DNA of 64,000 bases, taken from the NCBI GenBank assembly GCA_951406725.2, contig OX597823.1:16368001-16432000 (forward strand), read 5' to 3'. This DNA comes from Octopus vulgaris (lineage: Eukaryota). The notes beneath the pieces were generated by a model. That model saw only the letters and a list, made by a program, of their open reading frames with translations. It was not told the DNA's origin and searched no databases. Numbering within the stretch: the first letter of the stretch is position 1; the number at the start of each line of letters is the position of its first letter. The translations under genes and the position numbers were made by a program. Below, in pieces: positions 63,640-64,000 of this stretch.

Positions 63640-64000
63640 ATACGCAACTCCATTGTCTCCCGAGACAAAAGGATGCCAACAACAACAAGTCAAAGTAGTA
63701 AGGGCAGTGTCTATGACATTTTACAAGCATCTAAAACTAACGAGAGAATGTTACTCTCTGAATGGTAACTTAGCCCGAATGCTTGCAAAAGAGTACACCT
63801 CGCTTAAGAGTATGGTAGATACCCGATGGCGGGTATTCATCTGGTTGCGCATTTCTGAACACTTTTCAGGAGGTTGATATGCCTAGCAAGATAGGGGTTC
63901 CAGACTGGTGATGCAAATTCTAAGTGTGGACGCACCATAGCCATATACGAACATCGGCAAGTCTACCATCAATAAACAAGAATGGTCCTCTGGTGATCTG
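63640..64000 (-). mobile_element. CR1-clade LINE fragment
   Basis: Minus strand YMAMVRPHLEFASPVWNPYLARHINLLKSVQKCATR*IPAIGYLPYS, homologous to 59700-60078. Confidence 0.82.

Overview
Eukaryotic, AT-rich, microsatellite- and repeat-dense DNA. The repeat content suggests an Octopus (coleoid cephalopod) genome; this is inferred from recognisable SINE families, not from a search. The only host gene I can support is a minus-strand Fringe-family O-fucose beta-1,3-N-acetylglucosaminyltransferase (Notch modifier). It has coding exon 1 at 54689/54605-53763, a 46.6-kb intron 1, a 49-nt exon (7131-7083) and a 43-nt exon (2890-2848). These splice in frame to ...[62 protein letters not shown]|..., and the remaining catalytic exons lie beyond the left edge. 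The rest is intron or upstream sequence filled with tRNA-derived SINEs, an old CAA-tailed element, LINE relics (RTE, CR1, CRE, R4/Dong-like, Penelope-like) and hAT, piggyBac, mariner and Mutator-type MITEs. Nearly all other ORFs in the supplied track are microsatellite or SINE artefacts. The most unusual observations are: a minimal type I hammerhead fold in the sense strand of fringe intron 1; several long intronic inverted repeats (candidate ADAR substrates, two apparently locally templated); a long Fringe stem with a KRKRR convertase site; an extra intron splitting a conserved exon; CSL/Su(H) consensus sites upstream; and a CpG-content transition inside intron 1. I see no evidence for a multi-gene novel system. 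Repeat boundaries are approximate unless TSDs are quoted.
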